Of a stretch of DNA of 64,000 nt, positions 19,511 through 29,272 are shown piece by piece. Both the position numbers and the translations under genes were made by a program. Origin of the DNA: Candidatus Multivoradales bacterium (GTDB lineage: Bacteria; Acidobacteriota; Thermoanaerobaculia; Multivoradales; JAHEKO01). The stretch spans positions 864,001-928,000 of the forward strand of contig CBDFIJ010000004.1 of NCBI GenBank assembly GCA_965248055.1, given 5' to 3'. Every line of letters starts with the position of its first letter. Position 1 is the first letter of the stretch. The notes below the pieces were generated by a model, which saw nothing but the letters and a program-made list of their open reading frames with translations, was not told the DNA's origin and made no database searches.

Positions 19511-21964
19511 TCACTGTTCCAGGTCAGATAAAACCTGGTGTAAGCGGGGTTGATCCGAATTCAGCGCCAGGGAGATCTCCAGCGCTTCCCTCGCTGCACC
19601 AATGTCTCCGGCGCAGGCGGCTCCGAGACCGTAAAAGGCATGGACCGGTGCGCTGGCTGGGAACCGACTCGACGCGGCGGCTCCAACTTCAGCGGCGCGC
19701 TTACATTCTTCCAAGCGAATCAACACAACCATGTAGTGCACATGGAGCGGCTCGTGCCCGGGAAATCTTTGCAACGCACCGGTGAGAATGGTTGCCGAGC
19801 GCTCCGGTAAATCCAAGATGTCGTAGTCGGCTGCTGCCTGATCTAGGCTGCGCTCGGACGACCTCAGCCCTTTGTCCACAGAGATCCACAGCTCTCGGTC
19901 GGCGTCATCGTGCCGCCCCATTTCTATGTACATGCGCCGCAAGTTGTAATGCGGCGAGGGGTATTCCGGGCTGAGCTCAATGGCTTCTCTGAGAAGAGCT
20001 TCAGCTTCCTCATATTCTTTCTCGTTGATCTTGAGCACCGCAAGGTTGTTCAACTCACCACGGGTACGGACTCCGCTGGCGGGCGACGCCGGAGTCGATT
20101 CTGGGGTTACTGGAGCTGAACTCTGCGAAGAGCCCACAGACTCCACAGTGGAATCTCCTCCGAGGTAGCCCAATGCCTGCAACTTGGCGATGAATTCTGG
20201 ATCCTGGGCCAACGCGACTTCGGCGCCAAACTGCTCTCGTGGCAACACTGTCAATCCAGAATAGTCGACCGCCGGAAGCGCCGCTGGAGTCGGAGATCCT
20301 GGGAGTGGTTTACCAGTCCAAGATTCGTCGGCGGGAATTCCCAGGGCTGCGGCAATGGTTGGAGCCACGTCGTAGACTGAAGCCTCATCGCTAACCTGGC
20401 CCAAGCGCCGTGTGCCGACCCCGGCGACCGCAAAGGATGCATCGGTGGCATGCCACAACGGGGCGGTGCGCCCGGAGAATCCACCCAGTCCTCGAGGTCT
20501 TTCGTCGCCCCATTTGAAGCCATGGTCCGAAACCAAAATCCAAGTACACTCAGAGAGTGGGCACTCTTGGAGGTAGCGACCGATCCAGCGATCTGCGGCC
20601 TGGTAGTAACGAGGAATCGCCTCAGAGTAGCGCGATGCCTCCTCAACACTGACATCAGCGTCAACCGGTGGTGATTGGTATCTCGCTAGCAAGTGGCCGA
20701 CCGTATCGGTACCCTCAAGGTAAGCCATCAACAGATCGGGTTTATCTTGTGCCACCAATAATCCAGACCCCATGTAGGTTCGCGTCGAGGCAACAATCCG
20801 CCGAAATCCATCGATCGGATCTTCCATTCCCGCGTCCGCGGCAACCGCCTCGGCGTATTCATCTGCCGGCACCGCCATGAATGGATTCACGACCTGCCAA
20901 TTGGTCTCTTCCACAGCGCGGTTTCGTAAAGAGGTAAATTCCTCAGTTCGCGAAGCAGGATAAACCAAGTGTTCAGGATCGCGGCTAAACACGCTCTTGT
21001 CGATCCCCTGCGTCAGAGTGTAGTAAAGGCGATCCGAGACCAAGGTGCCATTCAGCTCGGTCGCAGGCCAAGAAGCCCACCACCCGATAACTCCAACACG
21101 CTTACCCAGAACCGACGCCATTTCCCAAATCGTGGGTGACTTGCGACTGCGAGCACTGACTGGCACCACCTGACCGGTCTCTGGATCGCGTTCGACAAAA
21201 TCCAAAATGCCGTGCTGGTCAGGGCTAACACCCGTCGCCACACTGGTCCAAATCAGCGGGGACAAGATGGGCACCAGTGTTTCCATGGTTCCCCAAGTCC
21301 CGGCCTGCAAGAGATTGGTCAGGTTGGGCATCCGACCCGACCTTGACAACGGTTGAACGAAATCCCAATCCAAACCATCGACCGCCATCACCACCACCCG
21401 AGCCGATCGCGACGGCAAGGTCGCCCGAATGCCACGCGCAAGATACCGCTTCATCGACTGGGCGGAACTGGTGAATTCGACCCCCAGTCGAGATCCCGCG
21501 AGATCTTTATCTTGCTGGAATCCGGACCCCGTTAAGGCTGCGGCGACCTGTTGCGCCAACTCACTAGCAGGGTTTGGCGGACAATCGGGCTCCGCCAATG
21601 CGGCAAAAAAGCAACCGAAGGAGATTTTCTCAGACCACGTCCGGAGGGAATCTTCCACCACTTGTTTAAACGCTGTAGCGGGGTAGTCCGCAGCAACTAG
21701 CTGTACCAGAGTCCCTTTGGGCGGTGTCCAACGCAAACCAGCTTGAACGGTCTCCCCGCTGGCGGTCGGAAGTTCTATTGCAGCGGAGAGGGGAACTCCT
21801 CCACTCGACTGCCAGCGCCAACGCGGGCTGGGGGAAAAGAACGAAGATGCTTTGATCTCGCCCGTGCCCGGATTCCAAAGCAGTTCCCCGGATCTTGTCC
21901 AACGGAACGCAAACAGCAGAGTTAGCGGTAGGACGATCGCCACGCCTATGATCAGTTTTCGCAC
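19511..21964 (-). CDS. Alkaline phosphatase superfamily (type I phosphodiesterase-like) protein with C-terminal TPRs
   Basis: VDGLDW, PILSPLIWTSVATG, GTDTVGH, SDHGF, YDVAPT and LQALGYL motifs, followed by TPRs. Confidence 0.88.
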   Translation of the reverse strand: MRKLIIGVAIVLPLTLLFAFRWTRSGELLWNPGTGEIKASSFFSPSPRWRWQSSGGVPLSAAIELPTASGETVQAGLRWTPPKGTLVQLVAADYPATAFKQVVEDSLRTWSEKISFGCFFAALAEPDCPPNPASELAQQVAAALTGSGFQQDKDLAGSRLGVEFTSSAQSMKRYLARGIRATLPSRSARVVVMAVDGLDWDFVQPLSRSGRMPNLTNLLQAGTWGTMETLVPILSPLIWTSVATGVSPDQHGILDFVERDPETGQVVPVSARSRKSPTIWEMASVLGKRVGVIGWWASWPATELNGTLVSDRLYYTLTQGIDKSVFSRDPEHLVYPASRTEEFTSLRNRAVEETNWQVVNPFMAVPADEYAEAVAADAGMEDPIDGFRRIVASTRTYMGSGLLVAQDKPDLLMAYLEGTDTVGHLLARYQSPPVDADVSVEEASRYSEAIPRYYQAADRWIGRYLQECPLSECTWILVSDHGFKWGDERPRGLGGFSGRTAPLWHATDASFAVAGVGTRRLGQVSDEASVYDVAPTIAAALGIPADESWTGKPLPGSPTPAALPAVDYSGLTVLPREQFGAEVALAQDPEFIAKLQALGYLGGDSTVESVGSSQSSAPVTPESTPASPASGVRTRGELNNLAVLKINEKEYEEAEALLREAIELSPEYPSPHYNLRRMYIEMGRHDDADRELWISVDKGLRSSERSLDQAAADYDILDLPERSATILTGALQRFPGHEPLHVHYMVVLIRLEECKRAAEVGAAASSRFPASAPVHAFYGLGAACAGDIGAAREALEISLALNSDQPRLHQVLSDLEQ

Positions 21965-22007
21965 CAGCAGAGGCTATCGATCAGGAGGTTGATTAGCAAA
22001 GAGTAGA

Positions 22008-22040
22008 CAAAAAGAAAGGGGGGCTGATGCCCCCCTTTCG
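22008..22040 (-). terminator. Rho-independent terminator of the TonB receptor
   Basis: Minus strand reads GAAAGGGGGGC-ATCA-GCCCCCCTTTC followed by TTTTT. Confidence 0.85.
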
Positions 22041-22061
22041 TACACGCTGTTAAGAGCGGAC

Positions 22062-24986
22062 TTAGAAGCTAAAGCGAACACCCAAACGAATCGACCGCGG
22101 ACGCTGCCATGCGTTCGTTGTGTTGAACGCTGTGTTGGTCGGCGGACGCGCGCTATCGCCAGGTTGGATCGGTGCATAGTGCTCACCGGTCACCCAGTCG
22201 AGAACTCCATAGTCCTCTTGAGGGGGCGTGTAGCGATTACTGCGCAAAGTCTCACCCTGCAGGTCGAGTAGATTGAATATGTCTACCAGCAGGTTGATCT
22301 CAGTACCGTTGCTGAGTGAAATCGGGTAACCCACATGGAGGTCAGCCTCATACTCAGTATCTGTGCTACCGAAAGCTCCGCGCTCGGAGAGGTAGTACTC
22401 CCAGTTGGAGTAGCCTTGTGAATACCCCATTGCCGTAACCGGCGTACCGTCGCGCATGTAAGCGGAGGCACCCAAGACAACGCCATTCTCAAAGCTGTAG
22501 GAACCATCCCACTTGGCCTGGAACGGACGATCATTCGACAATTTACCGGTGTTATTGACCGAGAAATCGAAGTAGTCGAACGCCGAGTTCAGGTTGGGAT
22601 CGAGTTGACCGGTAGAGGCCTGGAACAATCCGTCATAGGTACCTTCAAGATCTGAGAAGAGCAAGGAGGCGATGAACTGGAAGTTCTTGGTTGGGCGCTT
22701 GGTTAAGGTCACCTCAAAACCAGTAAACGAACGGGTCGGAACCGGTAGGGTGTGCAAGGTCTCGTTATAGCCAAAGGCATAGCCCAGGTCATAGGTACCT
22801 TGCATGTCACCGCGGCCAGGGTTGCCGATGAAGTAATCACCGTCAGCAGCTAGCGCGTCTTCCATGATGTTTTCCAACTCACGGTCGATGTACTTGATGC
22901 CCAAACCGAGTCCCTGTGTGAGCTCGTACTCAGCACCCAGAACGATCTCTTCGATGTGTTGGCTCTCAGTCGCAGGATCGACACGAGAAAATCCACCACC
23001 CAAGGTACGAGAAGGCCTGATACTGCTGTCGTTGGCGATGTTGTTCGGGTCATCAGTCAAGTTGTATGCAAAGACTGAAATCTCACCGCCGTAGGAGCGA
23101 ATCACGATATCCATTGGGATGGTCTCGTAAAACGTGCCGTAGTGACCATAGATCTTGGAACGCCCGTTCTTGAGCGGATCCCAGATGATACCAATGCGAG
23201 GTGCAGTGGCGTCATCCAGCTCTTGGTGAGCAACACCGTCCCCGTTGAACAGAGTCTGGGTATCGTGACGCACACCCAAGTTCAGGGTGAGATTGTCGGC
23301 CACGCGCCAGGAATCCTGCACGAAGAATGCGTCATCTTCCGCTTTGGTCTTGACCGTCAACGGATGTTGCAGATCAGCCAGGGTAGCGAAATTCGGATCG
23401 ATCTTTGAACTCACATAGTAGCGATGACGATAGTAGTAGTCCTGGTCACAACGACTGCCGCAGTTGAAGCGATAGATCCGCTGACCTCCTGAATTGGTGT
23501 TGGCGTTGTCCACCGAGATCTCCTCGGTCTCAGCACCAAACTTGAACTCATGGTCACCACCGAAATCGTTGGCAAAGTAGGTCAGGTCAACACGAACTTG
23601 GTCGCGGCCAAACTTTTGATTCTGGTGAAAACCGAAACCGGAAGCCGAAGGCGCACCAGGCCAACCCCAAACAGTGGTGCCGTCGCCCAGAGGATTACTG
23701 CTATCGATGAAGCCGATCAAATCAGCACCGGCTCCAGCCAATGACGACTCTTCTTGATGCTCGGAAATTCGGCCTGAGACCAAGACGTTGTCAGTAAAGA
23801 CGCCGTCGTAGTTCAAAGCATAGTCAGGAGCACCAGTGTTGAGGACACCGGTGAAATGAGTCGGAGGGGCTGCCAAGGAATAGCCAGCCAGCAGTCCATT
23901 TTCACTACCAGAATCGTCAAAGTAGGAACCCGCCAACGTGTGGGTTGGAGTCATTTTCCAGGTCAACTTGGCAGCAGCCAAATCACGCTCGGTGGTAGTG
24001 GTAAACGCATCGCCGAGACCAGGTGCACCCGCCACAAATGGGGCGAAGTTTTCCAACGATTCTTTGTCGTCTTGATTGTCGACACGGTCATAGGCCACGA
24101 AATACCAGAGCTTGTCCTTCGAAAACGCACCGCCAATGTCGAAGCCAAGGTCTGAGCGATTACGGCCAACCGTCTTGGTCGAACCGGACACCGCACCAGC
24201 GGCCGCCTCGGAAACAAGGCTGGACTCGAGGGAATCGTCATCCCAGTAACCGAAAATGTCACCGGTCAACTCGTTGCCACCCGACTTGGTCACCACTTCA
24301 ATGATGCCACCCGTGTTGCGGCCATACTCGGCGCCGTAGCTACCGGTCTTGACCTGCACCTCTTGGATGAACTCAAAGTTGAGCGATTTACCCTGTTGCC
24401 CGAGCTCTACGCCGGTGGTGTTCACACCGTCGATGTAGTACGCATTCTCGGCACCAGTGGAACCATAAAAGGTGGTTCCGGAGGCGTCGGTCTGTGCACC
24501 AGGCGCCACTTGTGCGGCACCAATATAGTTGCGACCAGCAGGGTTGTTCTCAAAATAGTCAGAACCCAACGTGATACCACCTTCGGTACTCGAAGTGTTG
24601 ATCAAGGGGCGGTCGCTACCGGTCACCACAACGGTGTCGGTGAAGCTGGAGTTCATCGTCACAGCCAAGGGGGTATTCCCCGAAAGAGTAACTCGAACAT
24701 CCTCTTGGACCACGTCCTGAAAGCCTTCAATGCTGAAGGTCACACTGTAGCTGCCCGGGGGCAGTGGGACCAAACGGAATGATCCGTTGGTGCCGCTAAC
24801 CACAATCTTCTCACCCTGCAAAGCGGGCGAAGCAGCGGTAGCGGTGACGCCCGGAAGCGTCGCGCCGTTCTCGTCGACCACGCGGCCCGAAATCGCGCCA
24901 GTGCTGGACTGAGCAAAGGTGACAGACGGGACCAACAACAAAGCCACTGCAAGCAGGGCTAAGCCTAATGTCCTTTTGTCGTACAT
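22062..24986 (-). CDS. TonB-dependent receptor (Oar-like) with carboxypeptidase-regulatory-like N-terminal domain
   Basis: G.V.D..GA.LPGVT N-terminus; IQEVQVKTGSYGAEYG..GG...VVTKSGGN; QDSW..LTLNLGVR; C-terminal PRSIRLGVRFSF. Confidence 0.95.
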   Translation of the reverse strand: MYDKRTLGLALLAVALLLVPSVTFAQSSTGAISGRVVDENGATLPGVTATAASPALQGEKIVVSGTNGSFRLVPLPPGSYSVTFSIEGFQDVVQEDVRVTLSGNTPLAVTMNSSFTDTVVVTGSDRPLINTSSTEGGITLGSDYFENNPAGRNYIGAAQVAPGAQTDASGTTFYGSTGAENAYYIDGVNTTGVELGQQGKSLNFEFIQEVQVKTGSYGAEYGRNTGGIIEVVTKSGGNELTGDIFGYWDDDSLESSLVSEAAAGAVSGSTKTVGRNRSDLGFDIGGAFSKDKLWYFVAYDRVDNQDDKESLENFAPFVAGAPGLGDAFTTTTERDLAAAKLTWKMTPTHTLAGSYFDDSGSENGLLAGYSLAAPPTHFTGVLNTGAPDYALNYDGVFTDNVLVSGRISEHQEESSLAGAGADLIGFIDSSNPLGDGTTVWGWPGAPSASGFGFHQNQKFGRDQVRVDLTYFANDFGGDHEFKFGAETEEISVDNANTNSGGQRIYRFNCGSRCDQDYYYRHRYYVSSKIDPNFATLADLQHPLTVKTKAEDDAFFVQDSWRVADNLTLNLGVRHDTQTLFNGDGVAHQELDDATAPRIGIIWDPLKNGRSKIYGHYGTFYETIPMDIVIRSYGGEISVFAYNLTDDPNNIANDSSIRPSRTLGGGFSRVDPATESQHIEEIVLGAEYELTQGLGLGIKYIDRELENIMEDALAADGDYFIGNPGRGDMQGTYDLGYAFGYNETLHTLPVPTRSFTGFEVTLTKRPTKNFQFIASLLFSDLEGTYDGLFQASTGQLDPNLNSAFDYFDFSVNNTGKLSNDRPFQAKWDGSYSFENGVVLGASAYMRDGTPVTAMGYSQGYSNWEYYLSERGAFGSTDTEYEADLHVGYPISLSNGTEINLLVDIFNLLDLQGETLRSNRYTPPQEDYGVLDWVTGEHYAPIQPGDSARPPTNTAFNTTNAWQRPRSIRLGVRFSF

Positions 24987-25124
24987 AAAACGATCCTCCT
25001 TTGGGGATTAATGGGGTGATCGAATATCCGCGACCAAGGTTTTGGGCGAGTGATTTCGACCGCTTCTTAACATTATCTTTTGTTATGTAGTAGTACTGCA
25101 CGCAGTACCTTCGTTGGGAAAAGT

Positions 25125-25140
25125 TGCAATCCCTGTACCA
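25125..25140 (-). promoter_or_regulatory. Putative sigma54 promoter of the TonB receptor
   Basis: Minus strand reads TGGTACAGGGATTGCA = GG-N10-GC, ~140 bp upstream of the AGGAGG RBS/ATG. Confidence 0.65.
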
Positions 25141-25319
25141 TAGGACGTAGCAAGGCAGAACTCAACCCCTAGGGCGCCAAGAGCAGCCTAAGTGTCTCTA
25201 TTTATGCGACTAACGGTCCCATCTGACGACAGACCGAAAGTCCATTCTGGGTTCTCGGTCTCTCTGGGAATTCAATGAATTGAAGTGTGATCCGGATGGT
25301 TGGAATTTATTTCCGAGTG

Positions 25320-26291
25320 TTACTCTAGGTAAGTCATCATTTCTGCGGCAGTGGCCGCATCTTCAGTCCCAGGAGCAAGCTCGACGACCCGCTCAAAATG
25401 ATGTCTTGCCTGGTCACTGTCCCTAGCATTCACGTAGCACAGTCCGAGTTGAAAATGAGCGGCAGGCAAGTCGGGGTTGAGTGCCAAGGCGTGGTTCAGG
25501 GAACTCTGCGCAGCATCCATGTCACCGGCGTTGAAATGCGACAACCCCACCTCGGCGTGTCCGGCGGCAGCCTTGATAGGAGACACCTCCTCCAGCTCCA
25601 CCAACATCGGCATCAGCTCTTCCACCGAAGCACCATTGTGCTTAAACGCCATATAGCGGAGTTCGATCCCTTTGACATTGGAAGGGTCAAGCTCGACTGC
25701 CCTAGTAGCCAGCTCGCTGGATTGTGCATAACTACCCTGTTCCAAACGGATGGCACTCAACGCGACCAACGCAGGCACCACCGAGTCGTCCAACGACAAG
25801 ACCTCTTCAAAGGCAGCGGATGCACTGTCGTAGTCGCCCTGGCGGGCTGCTTCGAATGCCCGGTCATAAGGCTTCACCGCGTCGGGGTGCATGGCATAGC
25901 TACCATCAGCCATGGCTCCACCCTTGACAGATGCTAGCGACGGCAGGGTCATGTTGTACTCGTCGTTCGCCTTGACTGCAACCGACAACTGTTGAGCCAA
26001 CGGAACATATCCCTCCTTGCTCAGCCGATAGAGATAGCTCACCGTCGCGTCATTGATCAGCAGCGAATAGGCCCCCTCAGCATCGCTGACCGTCTCAGCA
26101 ACCACTTCACCGGTATCCGGTGACTCAGCCGTAATCGCCACCTCAGCAAGCGGAACCCCATCCTGATCCGAAATCACCCCCCACACCCGCGCCTGCTTCC
26201 GCTGGGCCATGGCCGGGCTCGCCAAAACCAACACTGTGATGGCAGTCGCTACCACTCCTAGCCACGTTCGACTCTTCTTGCTATAGATCAT
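25320..26291 (-). CDS. Carboxypeptidase-regulatory-like domain + TPR protein
   Basis: Signal peptide; G.I.D..G.PL..V.I..SDAEGAY..GY beta-sandwich, followed by TPRs. Confidence 0.85.
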   Translation of the reverse strand: MIYSKKSRTWLGVVATAITVLVLASPAMAQRKQARVWGVISDQDGVPLAEVAITAESPDTGEVVAETVSDAEGAYSLLINDATVSYLYRLSKEGYVPLAQQLSVAVKANDEYNMTLPSLASVKGGAMADGSYAMHPDAVKPYDRAFEAARQGDYDSASAAFEEVLSLDDSVVPALVALSAIRLEQGSYAQSSELATRAVELDPSNVKGIELRYMAFKHNGASVEELMPMLVELEEVSPIKAAAGHAEVGLSHFNAGDMDAAQSSLNHALALNPDLPAAHFQLGLCYVNARDSDQARHHFERVVELAPGTEDAATAAEMMTYLE

Positions 26292-26484
26292 TTGTCATGA
26301 CTCCTCGTCCTCCTGGTAACTGCTGAAAGAAGCAATTCAACCTCGGTTCTCCATTTTATCGTCGCCCGGCTAGGTTGCCCAAGCTCGACGCGACAGCGTC
26401 ATTGACACAGCGCAAACTCCGTACCAACTACCCATCTGTGGATCAATCCATCCGAATTGCACAGCCACTTGATATCGTTGGCCG

Positions 26485-27255
26485 ATGATGCTCAAGCGAC
26501 TCCTGATACTGACAATCACCGTAGCAGTTCTCTCACCCACGCTCCTCGCCTCTCAAGCCAACGACCTTGACCCTTCCAGAATCCGCATGGCCGAGTCGGC
26601 AACCGACAAGGGCAACGCATTTCTCAAGAAAGAGAAGTATGAGCGCGCAGAAGGGGAATTCCGTCGGGCGATCGAGCACGAAAAACGATATCCGTCGGCG
26701 CATCTCGGCTTGGGTGCCACTCTGGTAGCCACGGCACGCTTTGACGAGGCCGTGACCGCCTTGCAAGATGCGGAACAACAATTCGCAGACTGGTTGGCGA
26801 TGAATCAAGTTGCCGGACTGCAAAATCGCCAGGCGTTCGCGGCCAGAGAGCGGAAAGCGCTGGACGCTGCTCGCCAGAGCGGGGCCTCGAACACTGGCAG
26901 TGGCAACGTTAATACCGGGGCCGTAATGCGGGAAGTCGAGATGGAGCGCCACATGGCCGACCGCATTCGCCCAGAAGATGTGGCGGGCATCCCAGCTCAG
27001 GTGTTCTACCTCAAGGGGCTGGCGCTGCTGCGCATCGGCAGTCGCGACCAAGGAATCGAATCGCTGTTGACATGCCTGTATATCGACCGCAAACACGCCC
27101 TCTCTCACTACAACCTTTCGGTCGCTTTCTTCACCGGAGGGGAGTTGCAGTCAGCCAAGCAGCATCTGGATGCTGCAATCGAGAATGGAGCCAGTCCGCA
27201 CCCGCAGTTTGTTGCAGACCTTGATGCGGCGCTGAATCGGCAGGCTCCATCATAG
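26485..27255 (+). CDS. Exported TPR protein (paralog 1)
   Basis: Signal peptide and TPR motifs; strongly similar to the next gene. Confidence 0.8.
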   Translation: MMLKRLLILTITVAVLSPTLLASQANDLDPSRIRMAESATDKGNAFLKKEKYERAEGEFRRAIEHEKRYPSAHLGLGATLVATARFDEAVTALQDAEQQFADWLAMNQVAGLQNRQAFAARERKALDAARQSGASNTGSGNVNTGAVMREVEMERHMADRIRPEDVAGIPAQVFYLKGLALLRIGSRDQGIESLLTCLYIDRKHALSHYNLSVAFFTGGELQSAKQHLDAAIENGASPHPQFVADLDAALNRQAPS

Positions 27256-27308
27256 GAGTGATTGAGTAGGTGGCGCTGGCGGTCCAATCTGCTACCCTCG
27301 CTGAAACT

Positions 27309-28085
27309 ATGGACTTGCGTCGGCCCCTCACGTTCGCAGCCTGCTTCGTTTTCGCCAGCTCGATAAACGCTGGGCCAAGTCGTGACATCAACCCTGCGCG
27401 TCTCAAGATGGCGCGCTCTCTGACCGATCAAGGAGACGTCTTTCTGCGCCGAGGCGATTACGAGCGCGCCGAAGAGGCCTTTGTTCACGCCACTGAGCAG
27501 GAACCGAGATACGCAGCAGCCTATCTCGGACTGGGAGCTACCCTGGTCGCCACCCAACGCTTTGAGGCTGCGATAACCGTTCTGCAGGAAGCTGAACGCA
27601 GGTTCGCCGAATGGCAACAAATGCATCAGGTGGCGGGACTGGTTGATCGCCAACACAACGCCGACCGGTCTCGAGAGATCCGAGACTTCGCAGCACAATT
27701 GAGGCAACGCACCCCCGCGAGCGCTGGCCCCACCGTCGAGCAAAACCTGCGGCGAGAAATCGACACCGCGGATCGTGGGCGGTTTGTTGCCGATCGTTTG
27801 CGTCCCGATCTTGTCGATGGAATCCCCGCTCAGGTGTTCTATCTGGAGGGGTTGGCGCTGCTACGCATTGGTCGAGCCGCGGACGGAATTGAGGCGCTCC
27901 GAACTGCTCTACTGCTGGACTCGAAGCATGCGCTGTCGCACTACAATTTAGCCGTAGCGTTGTATGTCCGAGGGGAGCTAGAACCGGCCAAGCTCCACCT
28001 CGACACAGCCGTCGACGAGGGCGCCCAGCCCCATCCCCAATTTGTTGCCGATCTCAACCAAGCGCTAGACGCAGCTTTGAACTAG
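27309..28085 (+). CDS. Exported TPR protein (paralog 2)
   Basis: Shares LGLGATLVAT, GIPAQVFYL.GLALLRIG, KHALSHYNL and PHPQFVADL with paralog 1. Confidence 0.8.
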   Translation: MDLRRPLTFAACFVFASSINAGPSRDINPARLKMARSLTDQGDVFLRRGDYERAEEAFVHATEQEPRYAAAYLGLGATLVATQRFEAAITVLQEAERRFAEWQQMHQVAGLVDRQHNADRSREIRDFAAQLRQRTPASAGPTVEQNLRREIDTADRGRFVADRLRPDLVDGIPAQVFYLEGLALLRIGRAADGIEALRTALLLDSKHALSHYNLAVALYVRGELEPAKLHLDTAVDEGAQPHPQFVADLNQALDAALN

Positions 28086-29272
28086 TCGAGCTGCTCTTGC
28101 GCTTCTTGATCCTCTGCGACGAGGGCCGCCGCAGAAGGTAGAGTTTCGAGCTGCCGCAACAAGCTGCCTGCCCAGCGACCCACCTCAGACGCCAGCTGTT
28201 GTGACGCTTCAGCCGTAGGTTTTCGCTTCAAGGCCCGGTCGCGGTTGGCACCAACGATTCCGCCGCGATCACCTGCCATTTCCCGCTCGGCCAAATAGCA
28301 GGACACGACCGAGGCCAGCTCATAGTGATGTTCACGGTGAAGAGGGCTATAGAAAGTAGATCTATCGGCTGCAAACACCGGCTCAAGATCCAATTCCAAC
28401 CGCTGTGCCGACTCACGCGTGCGGGCGAAGACCGCTCTGGTACCGGTATGCGTAACAGAAGTCTGTTGCTCGCTAAACCCCGCCCGGTGATAGACCAGCA
28501 CCGGACTGAAGGTCGTCGACCCTTCAAGAGTTCCTTGATCGCTCAACAAGCCAAAACAACCTGCGACACCTTCCTCAAGCCAAACTGGGAGATGATCTCC
28601 GAGCGCCACCCGGTTGAGCAGGTGAACAGCCTCATGGGTCACCGCCTTTTCGGTTGCTGACCATGAGTCGCCAACCAGCACTGCCGCCACCCGGCCAGCA
28701 GCCAATGCTGAATGGTCGCTTCCCTCGCCACTCTGGTATCGCTGCCAAAACTGCTGATACTCGCGCGGTTCGACCATGATCGCGATCCAGGACACCGCGC
28801 GATCCAGTTCGAACTCGCCATACCGCTGGCGGTAGCGACCCGGCAACTGTTCTAGCAGGCCCTGGTAAGTGGCCACTTCGTCTCCATCAGGAAGATCAGT
28901 CAGCAACCACACCCATCCCAAGTTGCGGCACCACAGCCCACTCGCTGGATCCACATCGGCACAGGGCGAGGACAAAACTTGCTGCGGAAGATGAGAACCG
29001 TAGTCGGGCTTTTCCAGCCAGCCTGACCGACCCAAGTAAACGACTCGGACCCACCCCGCGACACCCTCGCTCACCCTCAGTTCGACCAGGGTTTGAACGC
29101 GCGCCACTTCCTGCCCGTGTGGCCCAGGACGATTCCATAGAACGCTACCGCTATCGGCCCAAACCGTTGTCGGCTGCTGCTGGGCGTGAGCAACCCCCGG
29201 CGTCGCCAGCGCGCAGCAGAGCAGGAATCCGTTGAACGTCGTCGCTGAAACTCTGGCCACGCTAGTGAACAC
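28082..29272 (-). CDS. SH3b-like domain + zincin-like (HExxH) putative peptidase (DUF1570/peptidase MA-like)
   Basis: GWVRVVYLGRSGW SH3b-like segment; HEAVHLL..LPVWLEEGVA. Start chosen at the GTG overlapping the upstream stop. Confidence 0.7.
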   Translation of the reverse strand: MFTSVARVSATTFNGFLLCCALATPGVAHAQQQPTTVWADSGSVLWNRPGPHGQEVARVQTLVELRVSEGVAGWVRVVYLGRSGWLEKPDYGSHLPQQVLSSPCADVDPASGLWCRNLGWVWLLTDLPDGDEVATYQGLLEQLPGRYRQRYGEFELDRAVSWIAIMVEPREYQQFWQRYQSGEGSDHSALAAGRVAAVLVGDSWSATEKAVTHEAVHLLNRVALGDHLPVWLEEGVAGCFGLLSDQGTLEGSTTFSPVLVYHRAGFSEQQTSVTHTGTRAVFARTRESAQRLELDLEPVFAADRSTFYSPLHREHHYELASVVSCYLAEREMAGDRGGIVGANRDRALKRKPTAEASQQLASEVGRWAGSLLRQLETLPSAAALVAEDQEAQEQLD

